DNA of 64,000 nucleotides from a virus, in IMG/VR virus record IMGVR_UViG_3300024983_000146; one strand, written 5' to 3'. Shown piece by piece: positions 36,114 through 44,826 of the stretch. How positions within the stretch are numbered: the first letter of the stretch is position 1; the number at the start of each line of letters is the position of its first letter. The notes beneath the pieces are model-generated. The model did not search any database. It was given only the letters and a program-made list of their open reading frames with translations, and had not been told where the DNA came from. The position numbers and the translations under genes are program-made.

Positions 36114-37421
36114 ATGAAACCTAGAACAAAATCACAATTTGATGTTATGGCTCGGCACAAAGAGCTCCCATGGCTAACCCAGGTAATGATGGAATGGGCG
36201 AAAATGAATGTGATCGAGTACAAGGGTTTTGCAACTAAAAACAGAGTTGTTTGCCTGCAGTGTGGACAAAGCTTCTCACCGGAACTTGTAAGCCGCAAAA
36301 AGGCTGTTTGCCCTCATTGTTCAACCAAGATAAATGTTGAAGTATCGAGAAAGACAACCGATAAACAGACATATTACACTGCTTATGCGCAGATAGTCGG
36401 AGAATATCAGGTTATTCGATACTTTGTTCACTATTGTTATTTTAATGCAAAGCATGAGGCTAATATCAATTGCTGGGAGGTTACTCAACTGTGGATTAAA
36501 GAAAATGGCAAGTATGAGATAGTCAGTCTGAATCATTACCTGACTCCATATTGCGAAACATGGACCGGAGATTTTGAGATACGTACTGAAAATCGCGTGT
36601 ATTACAGCTATTACACAGGTCTTAAATACGATATCTACACAGAGGATTTTCATCCTAAATCACAGATCAAAGGTATTTATAAGAAGTATGGTATTAATAC
36701 AAAGTTAGCCGGACTTACATTTTTACAGGCAATAAAAGCTATTCCTAGTGCCCCAAGGCTTGAAACACTGTTAAAATGCAAGCAGTACAACCTGTTAAAC
36801 TTATTTACCAACCAAAGACTGACTGACAGATACTGGCCTGCAGTAAAGATCTGTATCAGGAACAAATACAAGGTCAAGGATTCAAAAATTTGGCTCGACT
36901 ATGTGGATCTGCTTTTATACTTCAACAAGGATATCCACAACGCGAAATATGTCTGCCCGGCTAACCTGAAGAAAGAGCATGACCGCCTTGTAAAGAAGAA
37001 AAGGGATATACAGCGCAAGCAAGCAGCCGAGCGTAAGCGTCAACAGGCCCAGGAATGGGAAACGCAATTTAAGGCCCTTAAAGGGCATCTGATAGGGATA
37101 GCCTTCCAGGAAGACAACCTCACAATAAAAACCCTTGACAGCGTTCAGGAGTACCTTGAGGAAGGCGATGCGCTGCATCACTGCATCTTCACAAACGAAT
37201 ACTTCCTCAAGAAAGAATCAATCTGCTTGTCGGCCCGGATGAAAGGGGAGCCGGTTGAGACAATTGAACTATCGCTGAAAGATATGAAGGTTGTTCAGTG
37301 CCATGGCAAGTTCAATCAACCCTCAAAGCACCATGACAAGATAATTGAGGCAGTAAATAAGAACGCCAGCATCTTCCGCAAGCTTAAGAGACGCGCCAAA
37401 CAACAACTTCAAACAGCCTAA
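36114..37421 (+). CDS. PcfJ-domain protein
   Basis: N-terminal Zn ribbon; WLDYVDLL...LKKEHD; EGDALHHCI...TIEL. Confidence 0.85.
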   Translation: MKPRTKSQFDVMARHKELPWLTQVMMEWAKMNVIEYKGFATKNRVVCLQCGQSFSPELVSRKKAVCPHCSTKINVEVSRKTTDKQTYYTAYAQIVGEYQVIRYFVHYCYFNAKHEANINCWEVTQLWIKENGKYEIVSLNHYLTPYCETWTGDFEIRTENRVYYSYYTGLKYDIYTEDFHPKSQIKGIYKKYGINTKLAGLTFLQAIKAIPSAPRLETLLKCKQYNLLNLFTNQRLTDRYWPAVKICIRNKYKVKDSKIWLDYVDLLLYFNKDIHNAKYVCPANLKKEHDRLVKKKRDIQRKQAAERKRQQAQEWETQFKALKGHLIGIAFQEDNLTIKTLDSVQEYLEEGDALHHCIFTNEYFLKKESICLSARMKGEPVETIELSLKDMKVVQCHGKFNQPSKHHDKIIEAVNKNASIFRKLKRRAKQQLQTA

Positions 37422-37423
37422 CC

Positions 37424-37873
37424 ATGTACAGTTTACCCAATAACATAAAAATTCGGCTATATGTGAAAATTCTCTTTTCAAAGAGCGGATCTCGGGCCCT
37501 TTGCGAAACAGCATATTTCCGTGATGACATGTCAGTTCAGTTTTATGATCGTTGGAGATGGTACTTTGAATATAGAGCTGCCTTACTTAAAGTGAAACAC
37601 CCTAAATCTTACGTTCAGCTTAACCAAGGCAACTATGAATACGTGCTGCCTGATGACGAGCTTCGGATTAAGCTTGAAAACAAAATAAGAGCAGCAAAGT
37701 GTAAAATCACCGAGTTTAACCGCAAGCTGAAAAAGCTGATTGACTCCTGGAGCGAGCTCTTCCCGATTGAGGAACACCCCGATTATTCCAAAATTTCCGG
37801 CAGGCTGAATTGGTACAAGGAGAATCTTCAGCTTCTTCTAAATGAGCAAAAATCAATGTCAGTAAATAAATAG
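37424..37873 (+). CDS. Hypothetical protein
   Basis: 149-aa coupled ORF. Confidence 0.65.
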   Translation: MYSLPNNIKIRLYVKILFSKSGSRALCETAYFRDDMSVQFYDRWRWYFEYRAALLKVKHPKSYVQLNQGNYEYVLPDDELRIKLENKIRAAKCKITEFNRKLKKLIDSWSELFPIEEHPDYSKISGRLNWYKENLQLLLNEQKSMSVNK

Positions 37874-37893
37874 AACAACCTAAAAATCATAAT

Positions 37894-38715
37894 ATGAAAA
37901 AACAATCATTTAAAAAGCGCATCGAAACTCGAAAAAACGAGATAAGGCTTACCACCACGGAGCCAAAAGAAATGCTTGGAAAATTTCTTGCGAAGGATCT
38001 GCGCAGACACTGGAGCGAAAATTTCGTTGATGAAGGCTCCGGCGAAGTTGTATCGGTAGAAAGATACGAAACCATAGCAAGGGCCGGGGTGCTCGTGGAA
38101 GGCGATATTCTCTCAAGAATCATGTTCCACATGTCAGCTGGCGATATCAGTGAGGTGGAGGTGAGCAGCCAAAGGAGAGAGGCCATAAATATTCCATACA
38201 GCCATCTAGGACTATGGAAAATATCTGCAGATATAAAGGAGAAAAAGCACAAATTCCTTTTGTACGCCACCTCAATTGACCTGGCCATGGAAATAGCCAA
38301 GGATTACATTGAGCTAAACTATGTAGGCCCGTTTACAATCAACAGCGCCGGACAGTTTAATAACTGCATCCTTCTTACAGACAACATGACAAAGGTGAAA
38401 ATTGACCACGACTCAAATATTGATGATGTTGAGGAGGAGCCACACTATGAGAAGAAGTTCTACCAGATAACAGTCAATATTGTCACAGAGGAATACTCAA
38501 GGCAAAACACGTTCATTATCCACTCAAAGGATGTTGACTCAGCAATGATCATTATCAATGATTGGATTGCCGAAAGCGTTCAAGAGTGGCAAAAAGAAAA
38601 TGGCCGGCCAATTACAAACGACTTTAAAACAGCTATTGAGTCTGCCGTAGTAATACCGGTTTCGCGAATTATTGAAAGGGAGTTCTCGCTTGAGTATACT
38701 GAGAGGGAGGAATAA
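37894..38715 (+). CDS. Protein with an RpoB-insertion-like N-terminal domain
   Basis: WSENFVDEGSGEVVSVERYE resembles the recalled Bacteroidota RpoB [20 protein letters not shown]. Confidence 0.65.
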   Translation: MKKQSFKKRIETRKNEIRLTTTEPKEMLGKFLAKDLRRHWSENFVDEGSGEVVSVERYETIARAGVLVEGDILSRIMFHMSAGDISEVEVSSQRREAINIPYSHLGLWKISADIKEKKHKFLLYATSIDLAMEIAKDYIELNYVGPFTINSAGQFNNCILLTDNMTKVKIDHDSNIDDVEEEPHYEKKFYQITVNIVTEEYSRQNTFIIHSKDVDSAMIIINDWIAESVQEWQKENGRPITNDFKTAIESAVVIPVSRIIEREFSLEYTEREE

Positions 38716-38774
38716 GCTGCCCGGGGGCTACCAATAAATTTGGAAGGTAAATAATTATTAAAAAATAGAAAAGT

Positions 38775-39086
38775 ATGAAAAACGAATGGATGATTTTAAT
38801 CGCTCGCGAAAGAGCAGAGCAGGTTCACCTCCACGGTCACACTGTAGAGACCGATATTGAGTTCAACAAGGAGGAGCAGCTGACAAAAGGCGCCATCGCG
38901 CTGCTATCAAAAGACGTGCAGCCAGATCTCTCGGCAGAGGAGGTTGAAAAGCTCGCTCCGGAAGGTTGGGATGTTGAGAAGTGGGTGAAGATGTATAATA
39001 AGCCGCGTAAAGAGCGCACAGTAATAGCATGCGCACTTATGGCAGCTCAAATTGACGTAATGCTACGTCTGGAGGAGGAACGGTGA
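38775..39086 (+). CDS. Conserved phage hypothetical protein
   Basis: IARERAEQ...GHTVETD...ACALMAAQID. Confidence 0.65.
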   Translation: MKNEWMILIARERAEQVHLHGHTVETDIEFNKEEQLTKGAIALLSKDVQPDLSAEEVEKLAPEGWDVEKWVKMYNKPRKERTVIACALMAAQIDVMLRLEEER

Positions 39087-39289
39087 TGAGCGCAATAGGG
39101 AAACTAATTACCAGAGGGATAGTAAGGTGGCTCAAAATTCTTGCGCTGCTCGACGACCAGGATACACTACGCAGAAAATACGAAAAAGGGCTGATAAGCC
39201 CCGCCGAATATCAGCGCGAGTTTGAGCTGATTAATCAGCTACTCATAATTGCCAGGGGAGGATCTAGAGATGGTAACAACAAAGGTTGA
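39083..39289 (+). CDS. Small hypothetical protein
   Basis: Coupled ORF. Confidence 0.5.
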   Translation: MMSAIGKLITRGIVRWLKILALLDDQDTLRRKYEKGLISPAEYQREFELINQLLIIARGGSRDGNNKG

Positions 39290-39716
39290 GTCTCATCACA
39301 AAAGAAAAGGAGCCTCGTGCATGCAATGTGAGAGGCTCCATACTTCCTGCCGGCTAAAAGATAAAATACTATCGGAGACAGAGGTACACGCGAACTATGC
39401 GGCTGAAGGGTGCGGGAGGTTTAAATGTGAGGGTGTGGTGGTGAAGGTGAAGGCCGAGAGAGACAACCGCGGCGGCAGCCGGGATTACTATACAAACAGA
39501 GATATCAATAAGTCTCTAAGACAGTATCTGATATCTGGCAAGCCCTTTAAAACTACAGATTGTGCTACGTGGGGAATTGACAAGCCGAGGCTGCATAACA
39601 ACATAACAATGCTTAAAAAGCAAGGCTATGAAGTCGAAAAAACAAAAATTCCATACATCCGTAAGGGGTTTGAATACAGAATCAAAAAATCAAAAAGAAT
39701 CAAAGTAAAAGTTTAA
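39270..39716 (+). CDS. Cys-rich N-terminus plus winged-helix-like basic protein
   Basis: CMQC...C...C zinc ligands; RLHNNITMLKKQGYEV. Confidence 0.5.
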   Translation: MVTTKVESHHKRKGASCMQCERLHTSCRLKDKILSETEVHANYAAEGCGRFKCEGVVVKVKAERDNRGGSRDYYTNRDINKSLRQYLISGKPFKTTDCATWGIDKPRLHNNITMLKKQGYEVEKTKIPYIRKGFEYRIKKSKRIKVKV

Positions 39717-39722
39717 AACATC

Positions 39723-40277
39723 ATGGAAGAAAATTTACAAGAAGGAACGGCTCAAGTGAGCGAAGCAGCAACCGAAAATTCAGTTACTGAAAACGGGCCT
39801 AAGAAGCTCAAGAATTACTCAATAACTATTCCGAGGATATTTCCTGCGGGGCATCCCAAAAAGGGCGAAAAGACCTATTTAGTACAAAAAATCCTCGTCC
39901 AGTGTAAAGACGAGTTCGGGGCAAGCCTCCCGGCGAAGATTCACGCCATACTGCCAAACTATGGACAGTGGAAAAAACGTATTGAGGAGGTCGTAGCAGA
40001 AAAGGCAGAACTTTCGCTAGCCTTTACAAATGGCGATCAGGCGGTGGCCATTCGAATACTTAGTCACAAAGATAACGTCGGCGTTCAGCCCCTTAAAATC
40101 AATAAGGACACGTCCACCGCCGTTGTTGACTCAACCGAAGTAGATTTGTCTTTATTGGCCGCAAATGAGGGCTTCTCATCGGCCGAAGACCTTATGGAAA
40201 TGCTGAGCGGCTTTGATCTCAATAAGACTCACGCTATTATTCATTTTACGAAGTTCCGTTATCAGGTCCTTAGCTAG
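39723..40277 (+). CDS. ASCH/PUA-like phage protein
   Basis: FPAGHPKKGEKT...KIHAI...LAANEGF pattern. Confidence 0.45.
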   Translation: MEENLQEGTAQVSEAATENSVTENGPKKLKNYSITIPRIFPAGHPKKGEKTYLVQKILVQCKDEFGASLPAKIHAILPNYGQWKKRIEEVVAEKAELSLAFTNGDQAVAIRILSHKDNVGVQPLKINKDTSTAVVDSTEVDLSLLAANEGFSSAEDLMEMLSGFDLNKTHAIIHFTKFRYQVLS

Positions 40278-40285
40278 AAAAAGTA

Positions 40286-40471
40286 ATGTCTAAAAAGAGC
40301 GGATACTTAGTTAAAACAAAAAAGGGGAAGGTTGGAAGGAGCTTTCACTCTAGAAGATCATCGGTTGAGGGGAAAACTCCGGTTTACCTTGAAACGGAGC
40401 CCCTCACTTACTCCGATAAAGCAATATTATGCGAGACTAAATCGCTTCAGGTAATTGGATATATAGATTAA
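40286..40471 (+). CDS. Small basic hypothetical protein
   Basis: 61-aa ORF with AT-rich leader. Confidence 0.55.
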   Translation: MSKKSGYLVKTKKGKVGRSFHSRRSSVEGKTPVYLETEPLTYSDKAILCETKSLQVIGYID

Positions 40472-40486
40472 TAATTACGAAATACA

Positions 40487-41104
40487 ATGGAACTTAATTC
40501 TGAACTAGACAGGCTATTAGCCAAGGGAGAAGTTGAAAAAACGGCCATTTCCCTTTTCAATGAACAATTCGGGCAAGATGTGTCCTCAAGATTTAACAAG
40601 GTTGAGGAGGAGTTTGGAGAAACGAGGCAGGCCCTTCAGGTGGTACTTGCTCAGGACCCGGACGATAAGGACAAGGTAGAAACAAATATTTCGCACCTCA
40701 AAGACGAAATTTCTGATTTGTACGCAACAGTTACACACTTTGCAAGCCTTTTCGGCCTTTCGCATTATCAGTTGCTTGAAATGGCCATTGATAAGGTTAA
40801 GCGGCGCCAAAGTGATCCCAATTACAAAAGGTACAAAATGAAGTTATTCGCTATCAACGAAACGGAGTGGGTTGCCGCATATACCAAGGAGGAGGCGATT
40901 GAGCATGAGGCCCTGGAGCCTGCAGAGGTTAAATCGATTGTAGAAATTCCGGAAAGCGAATGGGACAGCGAGGTCGAAGTTTTTAAAATTGACGAACTTG
41001 AAGAAGTTGAAGAACCCGAAACAATGTGGGTTACAATCAGGCAGCTTATGCAGTCGGCCATCGAGTCAGATAAACCAATGAAAATAATGACTGAGGATAT
41101 TTAA
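40487..41104 (+). CDS. MazG-like nucleotide pyrophosphohydrolase fused to an acidic C-terminal domain
   Basis: KVEEEFGE...KDEISDL EExxE/ExxD pattern. Confidence 0.7.
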   Translation: MELNSELDRLLAKGEVEKTAISLFNEQFGQDVSSRFNKVEEEFGETRQALQVVLAQDPDDKDKVETNISHLKDEISDLYATVTHFASLFGLSHYQLLEMAIDKVKRRQSDPNYKRYKMKLFAINETEWVAAYTKEEAIEHEALEPAEVKSIVEIPESEWDSEVEVFKIDELEEVEEPETMWVTIRQLMQSAIESDKPMKIMTEDI

Positions 41105-41108
41105 TGCC

Positions 41109-41801
41109 ATGAAAGGAATATGTTTTATAGAACCCTTATTTCACAAAGTAGTGAAAGGGGAAAAGACTCAGACAAGAAGAATGATTGTATCGAGAACAGG
41201 ATATTTTCAGGTTGAAAGTAGAAACGGGGTCATATTCGCCATTTGGCAAACAGATGATAATGAATGGTGTGGGGATAACTTGGTTCCTGTTAATCCAAAA
41301 TACCAAGTAGGCGAAAAGGTTTATCTGAAAGAGCCTTATGCTGAAACTTGTGATGAGTATGGAAGCCCTCTAATTGCATATAGATTTGATAATACAGCCC
41401 TCTATTTGGTTAGAAAGGACGGGAACGGAGATTATTATCAATTAAATACAGTCAAAAAGCCTGTTACCACAAATTGGACTATTAATAATTTTCCTGCGTG
41501 TGGAGAGTGGAAAAACAAACTCTTCATGCCTGAATGGGCAGCTCGTTACTTTATTGAGGTTACAGCAGTCAGAGCCGAAAGGTTGCAGGATATTTCAGAG
41601 AAGGACTGCATTAAAGAGGGAATTGACAGGATTGATTTTCCTGCAATACACTTTGGAATTGAAGAAGGAGAATATTTTCATTGGCTTGGTAATACCCCAC
41701 AAGAAGCCTACGCAGCCCTCATCAACAAAATCAACGGAAAAGGCACTTGGGAGAAGAATCCTTTCGTTTGGGTATATGATTTTAAATTAATAGAGAAGTA
41801 A
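41109..41801 (+). CDS. ASCH-like protein
   Basis: GEKTQTRR, GEKVYLKE, LFMPEWAARYFIEV, ERLQDISE...EG, NPFVWVYDF. Confidence 0.75.
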   Translation: MKGICFIEPLFHKVVKGEKTQTRRMIVSRTGYFQVESRNGVIFAIWQTDDNEWCGDNLVPVNPKYQVGEKVYLKEPYAETCDEYGSPLIAYRFDNTALYLVRKDGNGDYYQLNTVKKPVTTNWTINNFPACGEWKNKLFMPEWAARYFIEVTAVRAERLQDISEKDCIKEGIDRIDFPAIHFGIEEGEYFHWLGNTPQEAYAALINKINGKGTWEKNPFVWVYDFKLIEK

Positions 41802-41803
41802 TA

Positions 41804-42013
41804 ATGATACAGGAAAGCACAACAGGGCGGATAATCATAAATGAAAATCACCCAAATACTAAAAGCAAATATCTGATTTCGTCAACATTTGCACCCACAA
41901 GGTCAGAATCAATAAAGTTGTTTATTAAGGGCTCCGGTAATTCTTGGAAATTCTGGTATCGCAGATATAATTTCAAGTGTGTAAGAGCTAATTGTCAAAT
42001 CTCAACAATATAG
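41804..42013 (+). CDS. Small hypothetical protein
   Basis: Coupled ORF. Confidence 0.5.
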   Translation: MIQESTTGRIIINENHPNTKSKYLISSTFAPTRSESIKLFIKGSGNSWKFWYRRYNFKCVRANCQISTI

Positions 42014-42016
42014 GTT

Positions 42017-42211
42017 ATGAAATACAAACCTTTCCAATGTCCGTATGAGGCTATAAGTTGCCCATTCGTTGACACAGCAACAAGCACACTTGACCAAGAT
42101 TGTACCACTTGCACTCATCACCATAACGGAGTGAGAGCAACAGGCGGAATGCCCGTATTAGGCTCTTTCTGCGAGAAGATAGCAAAAGTAGTAATGTCGT
42201 TATTCGTTTAG
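42017..42211 (+). CDS. Small Cys/His-rich protein
   Basis: CPY...CPF...CTTC. Confidence 0.5.
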   Translation: MKYKPFQCPYEAISCPFVDTATSTLDQDCTTCTHHHNGVRATGGMPVLGSFCEKIAKVVMSLFV

Positions 42212-42213
42212 TT

Positions 42214-43059
42214 ATGAAAATTGGACTAATTGATGTTGATGGACATGGATTCCCAAATATTGCGCTTATGAAAATTTCATCCTTTCATAAGTACAGAAAA
42301 GATATTGTAGAGATGGCAACTATCGGAGATTATGATATTTGTTATGTATCAAAATTATTTAATTTTTCAGAGGATCCGAACTCTTCTCTTATTTCATATA
42401 AACATCTCTACAAAGGGGGTACGGGATATGATATCAAAAGTAAGTTGCCAATAAGAATTGAAAATTGTCAACCAGATTATTCCATATATCCACTATATAA
42501 ATTCTCTCTTCAATTTTTCTCAAGAGGCTGCATCAGGAGTTGTCCCTTTTGCGTAGTCCGTGAAAAGGAGGGCTACATAACTCCTGCCAAGCCTATGAAT
42601 CTCAACCCGCAGGGCAAATACATTGAGGTACTTGATAATAACTTTTTTGCAAATCCCGAATGGAAATCTGCTATAAGTTATTTGCTTGAAGCCAACCAGC
42701 CTGTAAATTTTCATGGAGTTGATGTGAGAATAATGGACGAAGAGCAGGCTTACCATTTGAATCTACTGAAACACAGAAAGCAAATTCATATAGCATGGGA
42801 TTTCCCTGAAATGGACTTACTCCCAAAACTCAATGAGGTTATAAAATACATTAAACCCTATAAATTAATGTGCTATGTGCTAATTGGTTTTAACTCATCT
42901 CCTGAGCAGGACCTTTACAGAGTTACCAAACTGAATGAATTAGGAATAAGCCCATTCGTCATGCCTTTTAATAAATCTGACAAATATCAAAAAAGATTCG
43001 CAAGGTGGGTAAATCATAAGGCTGTTTTCAAATCAGTCAAATGGGAAAATTATAAATAA
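42214..43059 (+). CDS. Radical SAM protein
   Basis: SRGCIRSCPFC (CxxxCxxC), DNNFF, YVLIGF; N-terminal FPNIALMKIS. Confidence 0.85.
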   Translation: MKIGLIDVDGHGFPNIALMKISSFHKYRKDIVEMATIGDYDICYVSKLFNFSEDPNSSLISYKHLYKGGTGYDIKSKLPIRIENCQPDYSIYPLYKFSLQFFSRGCIRSCPFCVVREKEGYITPAKPMNLNPQGKYIEVLDNNFFANPEWKSAISYLLEANQPVNFHGVDVRIMDEEQAYHLNLLKHRKQIHIAWDFPEMDLLPKLNEVIKYIKPYKLMCYVLIGFNSSPEQDLYRVTKLNELGISPFVMPFNKSDKYQKRFARWVNHKAVFKSVKWENYK

Positions 43060-43065
43060 ATAACT

Positions 43066-43257
43066 ATGAAAATCGAAATCACAGACCCAAGAGAAATAGT
43101 CCTGCTAACAATTGCCGGGCTATCATTAGTCGGCCTTTGCATAACCCTATGGTTGGGGTGCAGAAAGCAGAGGATTAATTTAACCGAGGAGGAGGAAGAT
43201 TATGGGGCAGAGGCAACTTCTGAAGATGCTAAAGAAGTACAAGAGCGAGATTCCTAG
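43066..43257 (+). CDS. Small single-TM protein
   Basis: Hydrophobic IVLLTIAGLSLVGLCITLWLG followed by an acidic tail. Confidence 0.55.
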   Translation: MKIEITDPREIVLLTIAGLSLVGLCITLWLGCRKQRINLTEEEEDYGAEATSEDAKEVQERDS

Positions 43258-43441
43258 ATATGTGTACCATGAGTTTTGGGCCGCTCTCAATGAACCTGAC
43301 TATGTTTTTGAAGGGCCATTTGAGATATTCAGTACCGCAACAACAGACAGGTTCAAGGCTCTTAGCAATATCGTAGCAAGCAAGATGAGGGTTCCGCAGG
43401 AGCGGATAAGGGCGAGGGGCAGAAAAGACAGAGTGGGTTGA
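43202..43441 (+). CDS. Hypothetical protein
   Basis: 79-aa ORF; start uncertain. Confidence 0.4.
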   Translation: MGQRQLLKMLKKYKSEIPRYVYHEFWAALNEPDYVFEGPFEIFSTATTDRFKALSNIVASKMRVPQERIRARGRKDRVG

Positions 43442-43478
43442 AGCTCCGGAAGAATAGATTAACAGTTTTAAATACAGC

Positions 43479-43640
43479 TTATCAAGCCGGGAACAGTTGG
43501 CAAAAGTGGTACACTGCGAAATCAAGAAACGCGAAACGACTCCCTTCCCATAAGCACGTGAGGCCAGCAAGCGCGGTACGAGTTACATAAGACCAACAGG
43601 CGCAGGGAAAAACGCAGGAGCAACAAACCCGGTTTGATGA
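43479..43640 (+). ncRNA. Candidate structured RNA
   Basis: 13-bp closing stem (two G-U) between 43479-43491 and 43628-43640 in a gap with no ORF-track ORF on +. Confidence 0.35.
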
Positions 43641-43658
43641 TTTAAACGAAAAAATACA

Positions 43659-43934
43659 ATGAAATCATTTTACAGAAGTTCCAAAGTCGGTAAGCCATAC
43701 GGCAATATCAGCGTGTTCAACAGGGGAACGCAATTAGAGTACAAAAAAGGAAAGTACATTTTTAGAGAAGGCGTTGTTACATTTTACGCTGAAAATAGGT
43801 ATGCAGTCTTTGAATTCGTTTATGGTGGCATAATTCATTCCCTAACACTGTCTGAATTCAAAAAGCCTTTTACAGATAGGCAGCTTATAATAAGGGCCGG
43901 AAAATTCGGGCGTACTATATCAATGCGCAGATAA
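43659..43934 (+). CDS. Hypothetical protein
   Basis: 91 aa, A-rich leader. Confidence 0.6.
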   Translation: MKSFYRSSKVGKPYGNISVFNRGTQLEYKKGKYIFREGVVTFYAENRYAVFEFVYGGIIHSLTLSEFKKPFTDRQLIIRAGKFGRTISMRR

Positions 43935-44349
43935 CTGTGTGAGCCGTAAAGCCAATTGAAGAAAGGACCAGGGCAATTGCCCCTATATATTCAAAAATAG
44001 TTACCGTTTTTGACTTTTTTCCATAAACAGATCCAACAGGCTCTCCCTCACGAACAGCATTTTTGAAAGCATCAACGAACTTTACCTTAGCCTCTTCGGC
44101 AAGCCAAATCTATCCCTTATAAACAATGGCCATGGAGAGCATTCCAACCGCTAACAAAATTGTGGAAGAGGCAAATATATAGCTCAATAAAGTGCCGCCG
44201 GTGCTGCCCGAATGTAAAGAAATGACAATGGCAAACACGGTTACAGAAACGAGAAGGATATGCTGGTAAAAGGTGCACTTCTTTTCTAAAGCGGCATTTG
44301 TAAGCTCGGCACCCTGTTTAATCATCTCTTTGTAGTAGGAATAGTCCAT
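43915..44349 (-). pseudogene. Three-TM membrane protein interrupted by one in-frame TAG (44110-44112)
   Basis: 79 codons, TAG, then 64 further sense codons in the same frame ending in a third hydrophobic helix. Confidence 0.65.
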
Positions 44350-44442
44350 AAAGCATCTTATTAAATATTCGATAAAGGTATAACAATTAATCTTATAAGC
44401 GATTAGCACAACTATGAAACTTGAAATAATCCGGAGGGGAGA

Positions 44443-44826
44443 ATGGAGCAGATTTTAATTGAAGTAATTAATCGCTTCAGGGGGAGAATTCCACCTGATG
44501 TGTTGGAAGAGCTGGAAGCCGCTATCGGTAGCCTGCTCGACCAGAGAGAGAACTCTTCTACGCCGAAAGGTGTACTTGAAAAGGTAGCGCTGGCAACGGG
44601 CCAGGCAATTTGTGATATAGCCGGCAATAATCGAAGGCAGTCATTAGTAGCGGCCAGAGCACTTTACTCTGTAGCATGCAGAAAGTTGGGGATTGCAGAC
44701 GAAACCGCCGCCAAAGAAATCAACAGGGACAGGACAATGTGCGTACACTATTGCCTGCACCACAAACGAACAACAAACTTCAAAAAGTATTTAGAAAACT
44801 ATGAAAAAATCTACGGAAAAATCTAA
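44443..44826 (+). CDS. DnaA domain IV (Bac_DnaA_C)-like HTH protein
   Basis: VLEKVALATG..ICDIAGNNRRQSLVAAR...EINRDRTMCVH aligns by eye with DnaA ..VADLLSKRRSRSVARPR...GGRDHTTVLH. Confidence 0.7.
   Translation: MEQILIEVINRFRGRIPPDVLEELEAAIGSLLDQRENSSTPKGVLEKVALATGQAICDIAGNNRRQSLVAARALYSVACRKLGIADETAAKEINRDRTMCVHYCLHHKRTTNFKKYLENYEKIYGKI

Noticed and set aside
43479-43650. Hammerhead ribozyme (GAAAC and TGATGA seen)
   Set aside because: No CTGANGA core in the required order with flanking stems; kept only as a generic structured-RNA candidate
43915-44349. Genome-wide TAG recoding (alternative genetic code)
   Set aside because: Core genes end normally at TAG with the next gene immediately after (e.g. 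5873, 52470, 54341); only one interrupted ORF was found
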